Assembly (NCBI GenBank): GCA_002269645.1
Contig: NIVC01003133.1
Location: forward strand, 54,010-118,009
Source of the DNA: Macrostomum lignano
Lineage: Eukaryota
Reading direction: 5' to 3'
Length of the DNA: 64,000 nt
How positions within the stretch are numbered: the stretch's first letter is position 1; each line of letters begins with the position of its first letter. Below the pieces are notes generated by a model. The model saw only the letters and a list, made by a program, of their open reading frames with translations, was not told the origin of the DNA and did no database searches. The position numbers and the translations under genes were made by a program. Shown one piece after another: positions 1 through 11,910 of the stretch.

Positions 1-34
1 AGATTAATGAGAACGCGTAGAGTAGGCAATAACA

Positions 35-265
35 GGTAGGGCAGACAGGAACAGTTAGAGTAGACAGGAACAGTTAGAGTAGACAGGAACAGATAGAGTA
101 CACAGGAACATGTAGAGCAGACAGGAACGGGTATAGTAGACAGGAACAGGTAGAGCAGACAGGAACAGGTAGAGCAGACAGGAACAGGTAGAGCAGACAG
201 GAACAGGTAGAGCAGACAGGAACAGGTAAAGCAAGACAAGAACAGGTAGAGCAGACAGGAACAGA
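35..265. repeat. ~19-bp minisatellite (gtagagcagacaggaacag)n
   Basis: About 11 tandem copies are visible; they explain the spurious ORF 55..348. Confidence 0.9.
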
Positions 266-369
266 TGAAGCAGAGAGACTGGACCAGGTACATTATGAGT
301 AAGCATCGCATATGTAGAAACAAAAAAATCAGTGTCAATCAAACGCAACCCCCCTCACCACTCCGTCTC

Positions 370-855
370 ATGCAGTCCCTAGCTGTCGCAGCCGCTGCCG
401 CTGGCAGTAAAAAGCTGCTATTTCTGCAGCAGCAGAAACTAACACCTGTGTTTAACAATATTTGTCGGCATTGGCTGTCTGACACGAATGCTGCTCAGTC
501 ATCGCAGCCGCCGATTCGCCTGACAGACGAGTGCTCACGCCGGCTCTCCGAGCTGCACCGGACTCAGGGCAGCCACCTGCGCGTCTTAGTTGAAGGCGGC
601 GGCTGTTCCGGTTTCCAATACAAATTCTTGCTGGACGACACCAGCTCTGGCGCTGCCGCCGATGATTGCACTATTGAATGTCCCGACGGCGGCGGGGCGA
701 AGGTCTTCATCGATGTCGACTCGTTGGAGCTGCTTCGCGGCTGCACGTTGGACTATCAGCGCGAACTGATTAGGGAGGGCTTCAAGGTTGTGTCCAATCC
801 GCAGGCTGAGAAGGGCTGCAGCTGCGGCTCCTCCTTTGCTGCGCGGCTTGACTGA
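370..855 (+). CDS. ISCA2: Mitochondrial iron-sulfur cluster assembly protein, ISCA2-type (HesB/IscA family), intronless CDS, 161 aa
   Basis: Motifs LRVLVEGGGCSGFQYKF and NPQAEKGCSCGSSF carry the three IscA cysteines, and the N-terminus resembles a transit peptide. ATG 370 is preferred to 265 because the upstream frame runs out of a repeat. Confidence 0.92.
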   Translation: MQSLAVAAAAAGSKKLLFLQQQKLTPVFNNICRHWLSDTNAAQSSQPPIRLTDECSRRLSELHRTQGSHLRVLVEGGGCSGFQYKFLLDDTSSGAAADDCTIECPDGGGAKVFIDVDSLELLRGCTLDYQRELIREGFKVVSNPQAEKGCSCGSSFAARLD

Positions 856-879
856 GCTGGGCTGGTGCGGCCTCCCGAG

Positions 880-1625
880 TCTCCTGTGTCTGCTTTCTCC
901 CTTCTCTTCCTCTCCTCTCCCTATCCCTTCTCTTCCTTCTCTTCCTCTCTCCCTCTCCCTCTCCCTTCTCTTCCTTCTCTTCCTCTCTCCCTCTCCCTTC
1001 TCTTCCTTCTCTTCCTCTCCTCTCCCTCTCCCTCTCCCTTCTCTTCCTTCTCTCCCTCTCCCTTCTCTTCCTTCTCTCCCTCTCCCTTCTCTTCCTTCTC
1101 TCCCTCTCCCTTCTCTTCCTTCTCTCCCTCTCCCTTCTCTTCCTTCTCTCCCTCTCCCTTCTCTCCCTTCTCTCCCTCTCCCTTCTCTTCCTTCTCTCCC
1201 TCTCCCTTCTCTTCCTTCTCTCCCTCTCCTTTCTCTTCCTTCTCTCCCTCTCCTTTCTCTTCCTTCTCTCCCTCTCCCTTCTCTTCCTTCTCTCCCTCTC
1301 CCTTCTCTTCCTTCTCTCCCTCTCCCTTCTCTTCCTTCTCTCCCTCTCCCTTCTCTTCCTTCTCTCCCTCTCCCTCTCCCTTCTCTTCCTTCTCTTCCTC
1401 TCTCCCTCTCCCTTCTCTTCCTTCTCTCCCTCTCCCTCTCCCTTCTCTTCCTTCTCTTCCTCTCTCCCTCTCCCTTCTCTTCCTTCTCTTCCTCTCTCCT
1501 CTCCTTCTCTCCCCCTCTCTTTCCCTCTCTCCCTCTCTCCCTCTCTCCCTCTCCCTCTCCCTTCTCTCCCTTCTGTTCCTTCTCCCCCCTCTCTCTCCCT
1601 CTCTCCCTTCTTTTCTCTCTGCTGT
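880..1625. repeat. Polypyrimidine/polypurine tract (ctctcccttctcttcctt-type units)
   Basis: About 740 nt almost exclusively C/T on the + strand, starting ~25 nt after the ISCA2 stop. Confidence 0.95.
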
Positions 1626-2204
1626 CTTTTCTTTCATCTTTGATCTTCTTCAACGTCTCTCAAGTTCATTTTTTGTCATTTCTTTTTTTTATATTCCTTC
1701 CCCGTCATTAAAAAAACGTCCTTTGTTTGCTAGTTAGTATGTCAACTCATCTTTCATCTTCGTATTCTATAATAGCAACATACTGGCGTTTCATTCAGCC
1801 ATTTGAATTTACCTATTCTCGGAATATTTCATTTTTGTTTTAACCAGTCAAGAACTTGCAGATCACACTTTCAAGATGAGCAACTGCAAACAACAAATTT
1901 CAAATTTACTTTCATTTACTTTCAAAAACCAGATTGGCTTATTCAGTTTCTTTTAATTATCTGTCATTTGAGCAATGCTTCTTACGTGTTGCGTACATGT
2001 CATTTCTAAAAATTTCCCACTGTGAACTTCTACGAGTAGTAACGTTGACGCTCTGTGAAAAATCTATGAGAGCTTGTAAATACACTTGGTTGAGAATGTA
2101 GACTCTCAAATTTTAACTGAATTCTGCTTCATCCATCTAAACCTTTCTACTTTTTCAATTTAGTTATCTGCATTAGTATCTAATTTATCTTTTACGATAT
2201 TAGA

Positions 2205-2635
2205 TCGATATGTATCGAAACTATATTCCACAGCCGATATGTATCGAAAATACGGTATATTCCACAGCCGATATGTATCGAAAATACGGTATATTCCACA
2301 GCCGATATGTATCGAAACTATATTCCACAGCCGATATGTATTGAAACTACGGTATATTCCACAGCCGATATGTATCGAAACTATATTCCACAGCCGATAT
2401 GTATCGAAAATACGGTATATTCCACAGCCGATATGTATCGAAAATACGGTATATTCCACAGCCGATATGTATCGAAACTATATTCCACAGCCGATATGTA
2501 TTGAAACTACGGTATATTCCACAGCCGATATGTATCGAAACTATATTTCACAGCCGATATGTATCGAAACTACGGTATATTCCACAGCCGATATGTATCG
2601 AAACTATATTCCACAGCCGATATGTATCGAAAATG
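2205..2635. repeat. Minisatellite with alternating ~27/35-bp units around the near-palindromic core cgatatgtatcg
   Basis: Tandem copies of ccacagccgatatgtatcgaaa(atacgg)tatatt. Confidence 0.9.
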
Positions 2636-2809
2636 CACAAATACAGACAGACTATGCTACTGTGAAATTAATTGATTCCAGACCGAAGTGATCCATCTGC
2701 GTTAGCGACTGTCTAGCAACCCCGGTTGTACACCCAGCCTTAGGCCCGGCGCTACCGGCATCCTACCAGGAGGAATATAGATTCCTCCCTCGAATCGCAC
2801 GGTACGATC

Positions 2810-3322
2810 ATGGCAAACTCGGGCGCCAGCGAGTTCTCCGTTGTTGACATCAACGACGAGCAGCCTAAGAAAGGCGTCTGCACAGTTTTCCTTAGCGATG
2901 CCGGCGTCAAGAAGAAGTCAAAGTCTGAGTTGAAACTAACGGCCGAGTGAGTGCTGACTGACAGGCAGACAGACACTAAGACAGACAGACAGACACTAAG
3001 ACACCCCCACTAAGACACACTAAGAGAGACACTAAGACACCCCACTAAGACACACTAAGGCACAATAAATGCAGTAAACTTTCCCAAACTACTCTCGCAT
3101 ATCTCAATGCTCCGCTATCGCACTACGCAGCTCTGTTCACGTGACGGTGCAGGCGGACGCGGACAAGAGCCTGGAGTTCCGGGTGAAGAAGCTGCCGGGC
3201 GAGATAGTGGAGGGCAGCACCAAGCTGAAGCTCTCGACGGGAAGGTCACCCTCACCATAAAGAAGAAGGAGGCCAAGAGCTGGGCCGCCTACGCCTCAGA
3301 CAACTTGGAGTGCGGAGACTGA
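2810..3322 (+). CDS. Small CS/p23 (HSP20-like chaperone fold) domain protein, 2 exons (2810-2946, 3131-3322), with an apparent 1-nt frameshift near 3235
   Basis: ATG 2810, donor GA|gtgagt, acceptor cgcag|C. Translation MANSGASEF...VHVTVQADADKSLEFRVKKLPGEIVEGSTKLKL continues in another frame as DGKVTLTIKKKEAKSW, matching the L..I....S.....GKV.I.L.K....W pattern of CS domains. Confidence 0.6.
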
Positions 3323-3826
3323 CTTGAACGGGGTGGGTAAGCCAAGCCTCGAACAAACATTAATATGTACTGAGCCCCATTTGCTCTAATTACAATGATC
3401 TCTGCGCTGTTATTCGGTTTGCTAAGCTATATAAGATATTCATATACAGCTGCTGTCGCGTGTTTATTTTATACTACTTATTCACCGTTTATATTGAGTA
3501 GTATAAATGCCTATTTAGTAGACTTTATAATAAAATTATAATTATAGTCATTTATTTATTGACGTCTAAAATAAAAATGTCACGGTTACCCTGATGTTAG
3601 TAGGTTTAAGTACTATTTTATCTTTTTTTGCACAAAGTTTCGTAGCAAGAATGAAATAAAATAATTGGTTATTACACGAATTTGAATGCGAAATAAGCTT
3701 AGAGATTGTTCGCATGCGATATGACAAAAAGTAGAAAAAATAATTTTCCCACTGGGCTGTGTGACCAAACCATTTTTAAAAGCGTCTTCTGGTACAGCAG
3801 ATTTCTGGCTCGTGTTTTTCTTCAAA

Positions 3827-5445
3827 TGTCCCCTCTGACACCCTCTGTCCCCCCTGACGCCCTCTGTCCCCTCCGACACCCTTTGTCCCCCCTGACGCCC
3901 TCTGTCCCCCCTCTGACACCCTCTGTCCCCCCTCTGACGCCCTCTGTCCCCCCTCTGACACCCTCTGTCCCCCCTCTGATGCCCTCCGTCCCCCCTGACA
4001 CCCTCTGTCCCCTCCGACGCCCTCTGTCCCCCCTGACACCCTCTGTCCCTTCCGACGCCCTCTGTCCTGACACCCTCTGTCCCCCTGACACCCTCTGTCC
4101 CCCTGACACCCTCTGTCCCCCCGACACCCTCTGTCCCCCCCTCTGACGCCCTCTGTCCTCCCTCTGACGCCCTCTGTCCCCCCTCTGACGCCCTCTGTCC
4201 TCCCTCTGACGCCCTCTGTCCCCCCTCTGACGCCCTCTGTCCCCCCTCTGACGCCCTCTGTCCCCCTGACACCCTCTGTCCCCTCCGACGCCCTCTGTCC
4301 CCCCTGACACCCTCTGTCCCCTCCGACGCCCTCTGTCCTGACACCCTCTGTCCCCCTGACACCCTCTGTCCCCCCTGACACCCTCTGTCCCCCCTGACAC
4401 CCTCTGTCCCCCCTCTGACGCCCTCTGTCCTCCCTCTGACGCCCTCTGTCCCCCCTCTGACGCCCTCTGTCCCCCTGACACCCTCTGTCCCCTCCGACGC
4501 CCTCTGTCCCCCCTGACACCCTCTGTCCCCTCCGACGCCCTCTGTCCTGACACCCTCTGTCCCCCTGACACCCTCTGTCCCCCCTGACACCCTCTGTCCC
4601 CCTGACACCCTCTGTCCCCCTCTGACGCCCTCTGTCCTCCCTCTGACGCCCTCTGTCCCCCTCTGACGCCCTCTGTCCCCCCTGACACCCTCTGTCCCCT
4701 CCGACGCCCTCTGTCCCCCCTGACACCCTCTGTCCCCTCCGACGCCCTCTGTCCTGACACCCTCTGTCCCCTCCGACGCCCTCTGTCCTGACACCCTCTG
4801 TCCCCCTGACACCCTCTGTCCCCCTGACACCCTCTGTCCCCCTGACACCCTCTGTCCCCCCTCTGACGCCCTCTGTCCTCCCTCTGACGCCCTCTGTCCC
4901 CCCTCTGACGCCCTCTGTCCTCCCTCTGACGCCCTCTGTCCCCCTCTGACGCCCTCTGTCCCCCCTCTGACGCCCTCTGTCCCCCTGACACCCTCTGTCC
5001 CCTCCGACGCCCTCTGTCCCCCCTGACACCCTCTGTCCCCTCCGACGCCCTCTGTCCTGACACCCTCTGTCCCCCTGACACCCTCTGTCCCCCCTGACAC
5101 CCTCTGTCCCCCTGACACCCTCTGTCCCCCCTCTGACGCCCTCTGTCCTCCCTCTGACGCCCTCTGTCCCCCCTCTGACGCCCTCTGTCCCCCCTGACAC
5201 CCTCTGTCCCCTCCGACGCCCTCTGTCCCCCCTGACACCCTCTGTCCCCTCCGACGCCCTCTGTCCTGACACCCTCTGTCCCCCTGACACCCTCTGTCCC
5301 CCCTGACACCCTCTGTCCCCCCTGACACCCTCTGTCCCCCCTCTGACGCCCTCTGTCCTCCCTCTGACGCCCTCTGTCCCCCCTCTGACGCCCTCTGTCC
5401 TCCCTCTGACGCCCTCTGTCCCCCCTCTGACGCCCTCTGTCCCTT
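3827..5445. repeat. ~18-21-bp C-rich minisatellite (ctgacaccctctgtcccc)n, 1.6 kb
   Basis: Direct inspection; source of three spurious 550-620 aa ORFs. Confidence 0.95.
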
Positions 5446-6309
5446 TGAGAGAGCGCAGTAAATTCCAGCTCAGTATTGACTTTTGAGTGACGCAACTTGC
5501 GCCACGCGACGCAGAGTTGGGCTGGGTGAGGAGCGATTGGGAAGGCGGAGGGCGGAGATTGGATGGATTGAAGCTTCCGGTTTTAATATCAAAATGGTTG
5601 GCCAAGGGATAGACGCTGGTCGAAAGACACAAGCTCACTGGGGCAAAGGGTGACGACTTTTCAATGTTTAAATATCGCGAAAATATTTGAATCTTGCTAG
5701 AAAATCTTAATTTGCCAACTTATTCAACTTAATCAGTCTCACTGATAAGACTTATCTAGACTTTAAGATACCCGCCACGGCGCCACGTCAAGCACACGAT
5801 TTTAAAAGGATAGTAAAAAAACTGTAAAAAAATTTAAAAAAGTTTAAAAAATAAAGTTTTATTTTGAGTAAAACGAAACAAAACAGTTCAATAAAACTCT
5901 GAAAGCGCAGATTATGTACTACAAACTACAGTAAATCTGTAATTGCAGGGTTTTTTACAATAAATACATGCTTAACTTAAATCTCAAAAAGTTTTGAGCG
6001 TCTGGTGAGCTAGACTCTTTATTACATACCGCAAATCGCGATACATGATTACATAATCGCATGTGTATGTACATGTCGCAAAAACAGAGAGATCTAACGA
6101 CTAACTTTCAACCAAGGACAACCAAGGTCCCGAGTTTTTTAGTTGTCCTTTGCTTTCAAATCCTCGGTGGGAAATCAGGGAAATCACAAGCTTCTGAAAA
6201 CTTGCTTTTTATTGTCTATGGTCAAAATGCCATTCCCAGTTGTTTTCTTCTGCCAATTGGATTTCACAGACCTTTTGGGCCATAGACAATAAAAAGGAGG
6301 TCTTCGTAT

Positions 6310-6745
6310 GAAATAATCTCACTGATAACCCCGTGATACGAGTGGAAAACCTCACTTATAAGGCCCCGATAAGCTGAGTGGAAAACCTGACTGATAAGGC
6401 CCCGATAAGCTGAGTGGAAAACCTCACTGATAAGGCCCCGATAAGCTGAGTGGAAAACCTGACTGATAAGGCCCTGATAAGTTGAGTGGAAAACCTGACT
6501 GATAAGGCCCTGATAAGTTGAGTGGAAAACCTCACTGATAAGGCCGTGATAAGAGTAGAAAACCTCACTGATAAGGCCCTGATAAGCTGAGTGGAAAACC
6601 TGACTGATAAGGCCCTGATAAGCTGAGTGGAAAACCTGACTGATAAGGCCCTGATAAGCTGAGTGGAAAACCTCACTGATAAGGCCCTGATAAGCTGAGT
6701 GGAAAACCTCACTGATAAGGCCCTGATAGGAATGGAAAACCTCCC
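6310..6745. repeat. ~36-bp minisatellite (gagtggaaaacctcactgataaggccctgataagct)n
   Basis: About 12 tandem copies just downstream of the lectin gene. Confidence 0.9.
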
Positions 6746-6774
6746 TGAACGATCGGCCCAGCTCCAGTCGCAGG

Positions 6775-8371
6775 CTACACGTACATGTAATTGCCAGCCA
6801 TGGCAGCTTCATAGCTGGGCGGCGGACTCGAAGACTCAGAAGCATCTTTGCAATTATTATTAATATAATTGTCCTCATTATTACCTGTGTTATACATAAA
6901 AACGCTTGCAGCATAGCTAGGCTGCGTGCTTTGAAGTTCAACTGGCAAATATGAAAGGCCCAGCTGAAACTGCCGCTGCCGCTGCTGATGATAGCGCAGA
7001 ATCCTTTGATGGCGCCGCAAAGTCAGAGTCAGCGCTACAACAATAGCAGCTACAGTTATCAACAGAGTAGCTATATGGATGATTAAAATTTTTGACTATG
7101 TTAAATTCAGGTCTTGTGAAAGCTGCTCTGCCTACTTACCTAATTGGAAAATCCTCGCCATTAAGAAATATTGCACGCTCCCGCTGGTCCGCTGCACTTG
7201 CATCGCCACGGGTGAGCAGAGCTCCAACCCAGTAGCCTGCATCAACACTTTTACTTTCCATGGCGTCAGTCTCAATCGTTAGTTTTTTCAAAGCTTCCAA
7301 ATCCTGGCCAAAATGCATGGCCAGATTGGATCGCATTATTCGACAACCGGTTTGTGCTTGGGGGAAATCTAGTCCAGTCGGGGTGCCAAAGCAGCGACTT
7401 ATTTTGTTGTTTCTAATTGGCAACCAGCCGTGCGGACAATCAGTGACGAACTCCAACTGGTGAGAATGGAAGGCTTGAACACAGTTTTTTAATGTTGACC
7501 CCATCTGTTGGTGAGTGTTGACCCCATCTGTTGGTCAGTGTTGACCCCATCTGTTGGTGAGTGTTGACCCTATCTGTTGGTGAGTGTTGACCCTATCTGT
7601 TGGTGAGTGTTGACCCTATCTGTTGGTGAGTGTTGACCCTATCTGTTGGCCAGTGTTGACCCCATCTGTTGGTGAGTGTTGACCCCATCTGTTGGTGAGT
7701 GTTGACCCCATCTGTTGGTCAGTGTTGACCCCATCTGTTGGTCAGTGTTGACCCTATCTGTTGGCCAGTGTTGACCCCATCTGTTGGTCAGTGTTGACCC
7801 TATCTGTTGGTCAGTGTTGACCCTATCTGTTGGTCAGTGTTGACTTTGATTGCTGTCATATTTACCCGCGCGCTTGTTCTAAACATTATAGCGTTTTGTA
7901 GAAAAAACTTACCTGCACACTAATAGAGTCCTCAACACCTGTTGCTCCCCTCATTAACAGATAAGCTGAATCGCCTTTTGTTGCAAAGCTTCGATAAATA
8001 GACTGGTTGAGTTTGAACACCTGAGCAATGGTTGAACTTGCCAGAAATGTATCTTGCAAAATCAGCGCCGAACCATTCGAGTCCTTGTTGTCAAGCAGTC
8101 TAATAACATAGTAACCACGTGAAGAAATTTGATTTGGCTTCATCAACTGAACGTGACAACGAGAACTTGTCGCGGTGATTGAGACGGTTACTTTAATTGG
8201 TGACTTTCTAGGAATTATGAGCATAGGCGTTGCCGAACTGCTGTACCAGTGATAGCACTGGTAGTTGGTCTTTGTCGCATAGCACTGCTTGTCAACAGCA
8301 ATGCTGACGATTGCCACTATTAATAGCTGGAGTGCCCATCCCACGGAACGAATTTGTGAGGCCGCTTTTTG
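6775..8371 (-). CDS. Putative type I membrane protein with a C-type-lectin-like domain and a PPPSY tail; exons ~8371-7913, 7456-7141 and 7095-6775; start codon and last junction unresolved
   Basis: Signal-peptide-like QKAASQIRSVGWALQLLIVAIVSIA follows an acceptor. A phase-0 junction VQ|LEF leads into the CTLD signature DCPHGW...RCF...F..AQ.GC....SNLA...YWVGA. A hydrophobic ILIIHIATLLITVAAIVVAL segment is followed by RRHQR and PPPSYEAA. Confidence 0.6.
7490..7845. repeat. 23-bp intronic minisatellite (gtgttgaccccatctgttggtca)n
   Basis: Fills the intron between lectin exons 7913 and 7456. Confidence 0.92.
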
Positions 8372-8599
8372 CTGAAAAAGAGAATAAAAAATCTGGACTT
8401 TCTTTTTAGAAAAAAGCAAAATAGAAACCTTTCACTTCACTTGAAACCCTTCACAGACTCAACCATGTGCAACCTGTACACGACATCGCTAAACAGCTCA
8501 AACTCAAGCGTGATCATCTATTTTATTTTTTTATCTGTACACAAATTGCATCCTTGTTACCTGTATCACACACTAACTATTTATATCACGTCATTGTTG

Positions 8600-10780
8600 T
8601 GTGTACTTGCATCACAACATCGTTACTCACATCACATCTTTGTTACTCACATCGCATTCTTGTTACTCACATCGCATTCTTGTTACTTACATCGCATCCT
8701 TGTTACTCACATAACATCTTTGTTACTCACATAACATCCTTGTTACTCACATAACATCCTTGTTACTCACATAACATCCTTGTTACTCACATAACATCTT
8801 TGTTACTCACATAACATCCTTGTTACTCACATAACATCCTTGTTACTCACATAACATCCTTGTTGGTGGAACAGGTGGATCTTCAGGTCGTCCCGCGCTC
8901 CGGAGGTGAAGATCGGCCTGAGGTGGTGCATGGCGCGCCAGGCCTGGGTCGCCTCTGGGCTCATCACGAGGGTGCCTAGGTACCGGAAGTCGCTGCACGT
9001 TGAGATGGCCTCGCCATTGGGAAGGGTCAGTGGTGGGGCATTGTCAGCACCCACGTGCAGCACCTCCGTCTTGCCTGCGTTAATCTGCAGGCCGATCCGA
9101 GCGCCTTCCTCGGAGAGTCGATTGAGAGCGTGCTGGGCTGCTATAGGGTCTCGGCACAGCAGCGCGATGTCGTCAGCGTAGGCGAGGGCTGGGAGCGTCA
9201 CAGCAGTGTGGCGGGAGCTACGCTGAGGCGCGAGGACAAAGCTGTCGTCGTCTCGAAGGCAGCGGCGCAGAATGCAGTCAACAGCCAGAATGAAAAGCAG
9301 GGGAGATAGCGGGTCCCCTTGCAGGACCCCGGAAGTGGTACCAAACTCGTCCGTAGGGCCATCGCTGGAGTCAACAAACGCCTTGGAGTTGTGGTACGGG
9401 TCCATAACTGCCGTCACCAGGGTGTCGGGACGCCGTACTGAGCCAGGAGCCAGGCTAAAGCCGTCCTGCTGACGGCTCCACCTGTTCCGCGCCGCCATAG
9501 AGCCGATCCTTCTCTACGGCATGGAGGCTGTCCCGATGACAACCACGCGAGAGCGGGCCCTGGACGCGATTCACCGCAACCTGCTGCGCAAGGCGCTGGG
9601 CGTGCGCTACCCGGCCGTCCTCCCGACGGCCCAGCTGATGGCGAGATCGAAATCGCCGTCCCTCAGCGCCACCCTCCGCCGGCGTCGCCAGGCCCTGCTG
9701 GGACACTGCCTGCGGCGGTTCGCCCGCGGCGACGACAACCCGCTCGGACTGGCCGTTCTGCACCCGCCGACCGAACGGTTCCGCCGCGGCCAAGGGCGGA
9801 CCCAGACGCTCCGGGAGACACTTGTTGCCGACCTGGAGGCAATTGGACTGACCCCCCCCCAGACTGCTGCGACCCGCCCTCCCCCTCTTTTCCGCAATCG
9901 TGTGCGCGCTAGCGCCCCCCCCCCACCCTAGCGTCGTTGTAATGTAATGTAATGTAACATCCTTGTTACTCACATCACATCCTTGTTACTCACATCACAT
10001 CCTTGTTACTCACATCACATCCTTGTTACTCACATCACATCCTTGTTACTCACATCACATCCTTGTTACTCACATCACATCCTTGTTACTCACATCACAT
10101 CCTTGTCATTCACATCGCATCCTTGTCACTCACATCACATCCTCGTTACTCACATAACATCCTTGTTACTCACATCACATCCTTGTTACTCACATCACAT
10201 CCTTGTCATTCACATCGCATCCTTGTCACTCACATCACATCCTCGTTACTCACATAACATCCTTGTTACTCACATCACATCCTCGTTACTCACATAACAT
10301 CCTTGTTACTCACATTACATCCTTGTTACTCACATAACATCCTTGTTACTCACATAACATCCTTGTTACTCACATCACATCCTTGTTACTCACATCACAT
10401 CCTCGTTACGCACATAACATCCTTGTTACTCACATCACATCCTTGTCACTCACATAACATCCTTGTTACTCACATCACATCCTTGTTACTCACATCGCAT
10501 CCTTGTTACTCACATCACATCCTCGTTACTCACATCACATCCTCGTTACTCACATCACATCCTTGTTACTCACATCACATCCTTGTCACTCACATAACAT
10601 CCTTGTTACTCACATCACATCCTTGTCACTCACATAACATCCTTGTTACTCACATCACATCCTTGTTACTCACATCGCATCCTCGTTACTCACATCACAT
10701 CCTCGTTACTCACATCACATCCTTGTTACTCACATCACATCCTTGTTACTCACATCACATCCTTGTTACTCACATCGCAT
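8600..10780. repeat. 20-bp minisatellite (catccttgttactcacatca)n interrupted by a LINE fragment
   Basis: The same unit lies on both sides of the 8865-9957 insertion. Confidence 0.93.
8865..9957 (+). mobile_element. 5'-truncated, 5'-inverted non-LTR retrotransposon (RTE-like): RT core inverted at 8868-9477, 3' part in sense at 9477-9931, (TGTAA)4 tail
   Basis: The - strand carries RT motifs LQGDPLSP, LAYADD, GLQINAGKT and DFRYLG. The + strand carries AIEPILLYG...LLRKALG...LLGHCLR with a stop at 9931, a 6-nt 3' UTR and the TGTAA tail. Candidate 13-bp TSD taacatccttgtt at 8852-8864 and 9955-9967. Confidence 0.9.
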
Positions 10781-11524
10781 CTTTGGTACATGCATCAACT
10801 TGCAATACATGAATCAGATCATTTCAAGCGTAGCTATGTAAAATGAGAAAATTAACAGAACAAACTCGTTGCTCAAGTCTTTTCATATTAAAAAAATAAT
10901 TCTGTGGTGTACAATTTTAGTAAAATAATTTTGAACAGTAAAAATAGCCGACAGGTGCAAAAACAACGACAAAAATATGATTACGCGATCGATAAAAATT
11001 GCTCAATATTTCGTTACAAAAACTCGATATGCTCAAGGGAATGTGTAGCTCTGCTGTATATAAAGGCATTTAGTATACGCAATTATAATTGAAAATATTA
11101 TTAATTTTTATAAGCAAATTAGGGCCTAAATTATTGTATTTTTCACATGAAAATGTAGAAATATTTTGAGCAGTAAAGACATTATTTTAATCAAACTTTC
11201 CTTTGTTTTAAGTAGACAGCAATTAAATAAAAATCTATTTAAATACGAGTCTGTCGGTTGGTGACTTGCAGTAGCTATGTGGCTAACTAAAACTAACTTG
11301 GTACAGATGAGTACCGCGTATTTTTAATATACATTATTTACAAGTCATTGTACATATTTGGAGAAATATGGATTAGGCTTTTTGAGCGTTGGCTCTCTTG
11401 CATTTGAGTTGCTAGGTGGTGAGGCTTAGAGTACTGCGCGAGTGAAGTTTTACAAATCTTCGAAGTGAATTTGACAGAAAGAAATGTAGAAAATGAGTAG
11501 GCAGAAGAGGTACCAGTTAAAATT

Positions 11525-11875
11525 GGAGAGCTAGAAAAGGGAGGGGTAGACAGAAGGGGTAGACAGAAGGGGTAGACAGAAGGGGTAGACAGAAGGGGTA
11601 GACAGAAGGGTAGACAGAAGGGGTAGACAGGAGGGTAGACAGGAGGGTAGACAGGAGGGGTTGACAAGAGGGTAGACAGGAGGGTAGACAGATGGTAGAT
11701 AGGAGGGGTAGACAGGAGGGGTAGAAAGGAGGGGTAAATAGGAGGGGTAGACAAAAGGGTAGACAGGAGGGGTAGACAGGTTGGGTAGAGAGAAGAGGTA
11801 GAGAAGGGAATGGTAGTAAGGGTGAAACACAGCAATGGTAGACAGTGGTAGAGAAGGGAAGAGGGTAGAGAAGAG
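11525..11875. repeat. Purine-rich degenerate repeat (agacag(a/g)aggggt)n
   Basis: Direct inspection. Confidence 0.8.
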
Positions 11876-11910
11876 AGCCAAATCCAGCAGTCAGAGGCAG
11901 CAGGTGCTAC

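Noticed and set aside
265-369. Extended ISCA2 N-terminus from ATG 265
   Set aside because: It begins at the end of a minisatellite; ATG 370 gives a typical length and a transit-peptide-like start.
586-5638. Long ORFs of 240-620 aa (586-1737, 3613-5638)
   Set aside because: They are translations of pyrimidine or C-rich minisatellites, open in several frames at once, with no domain content.
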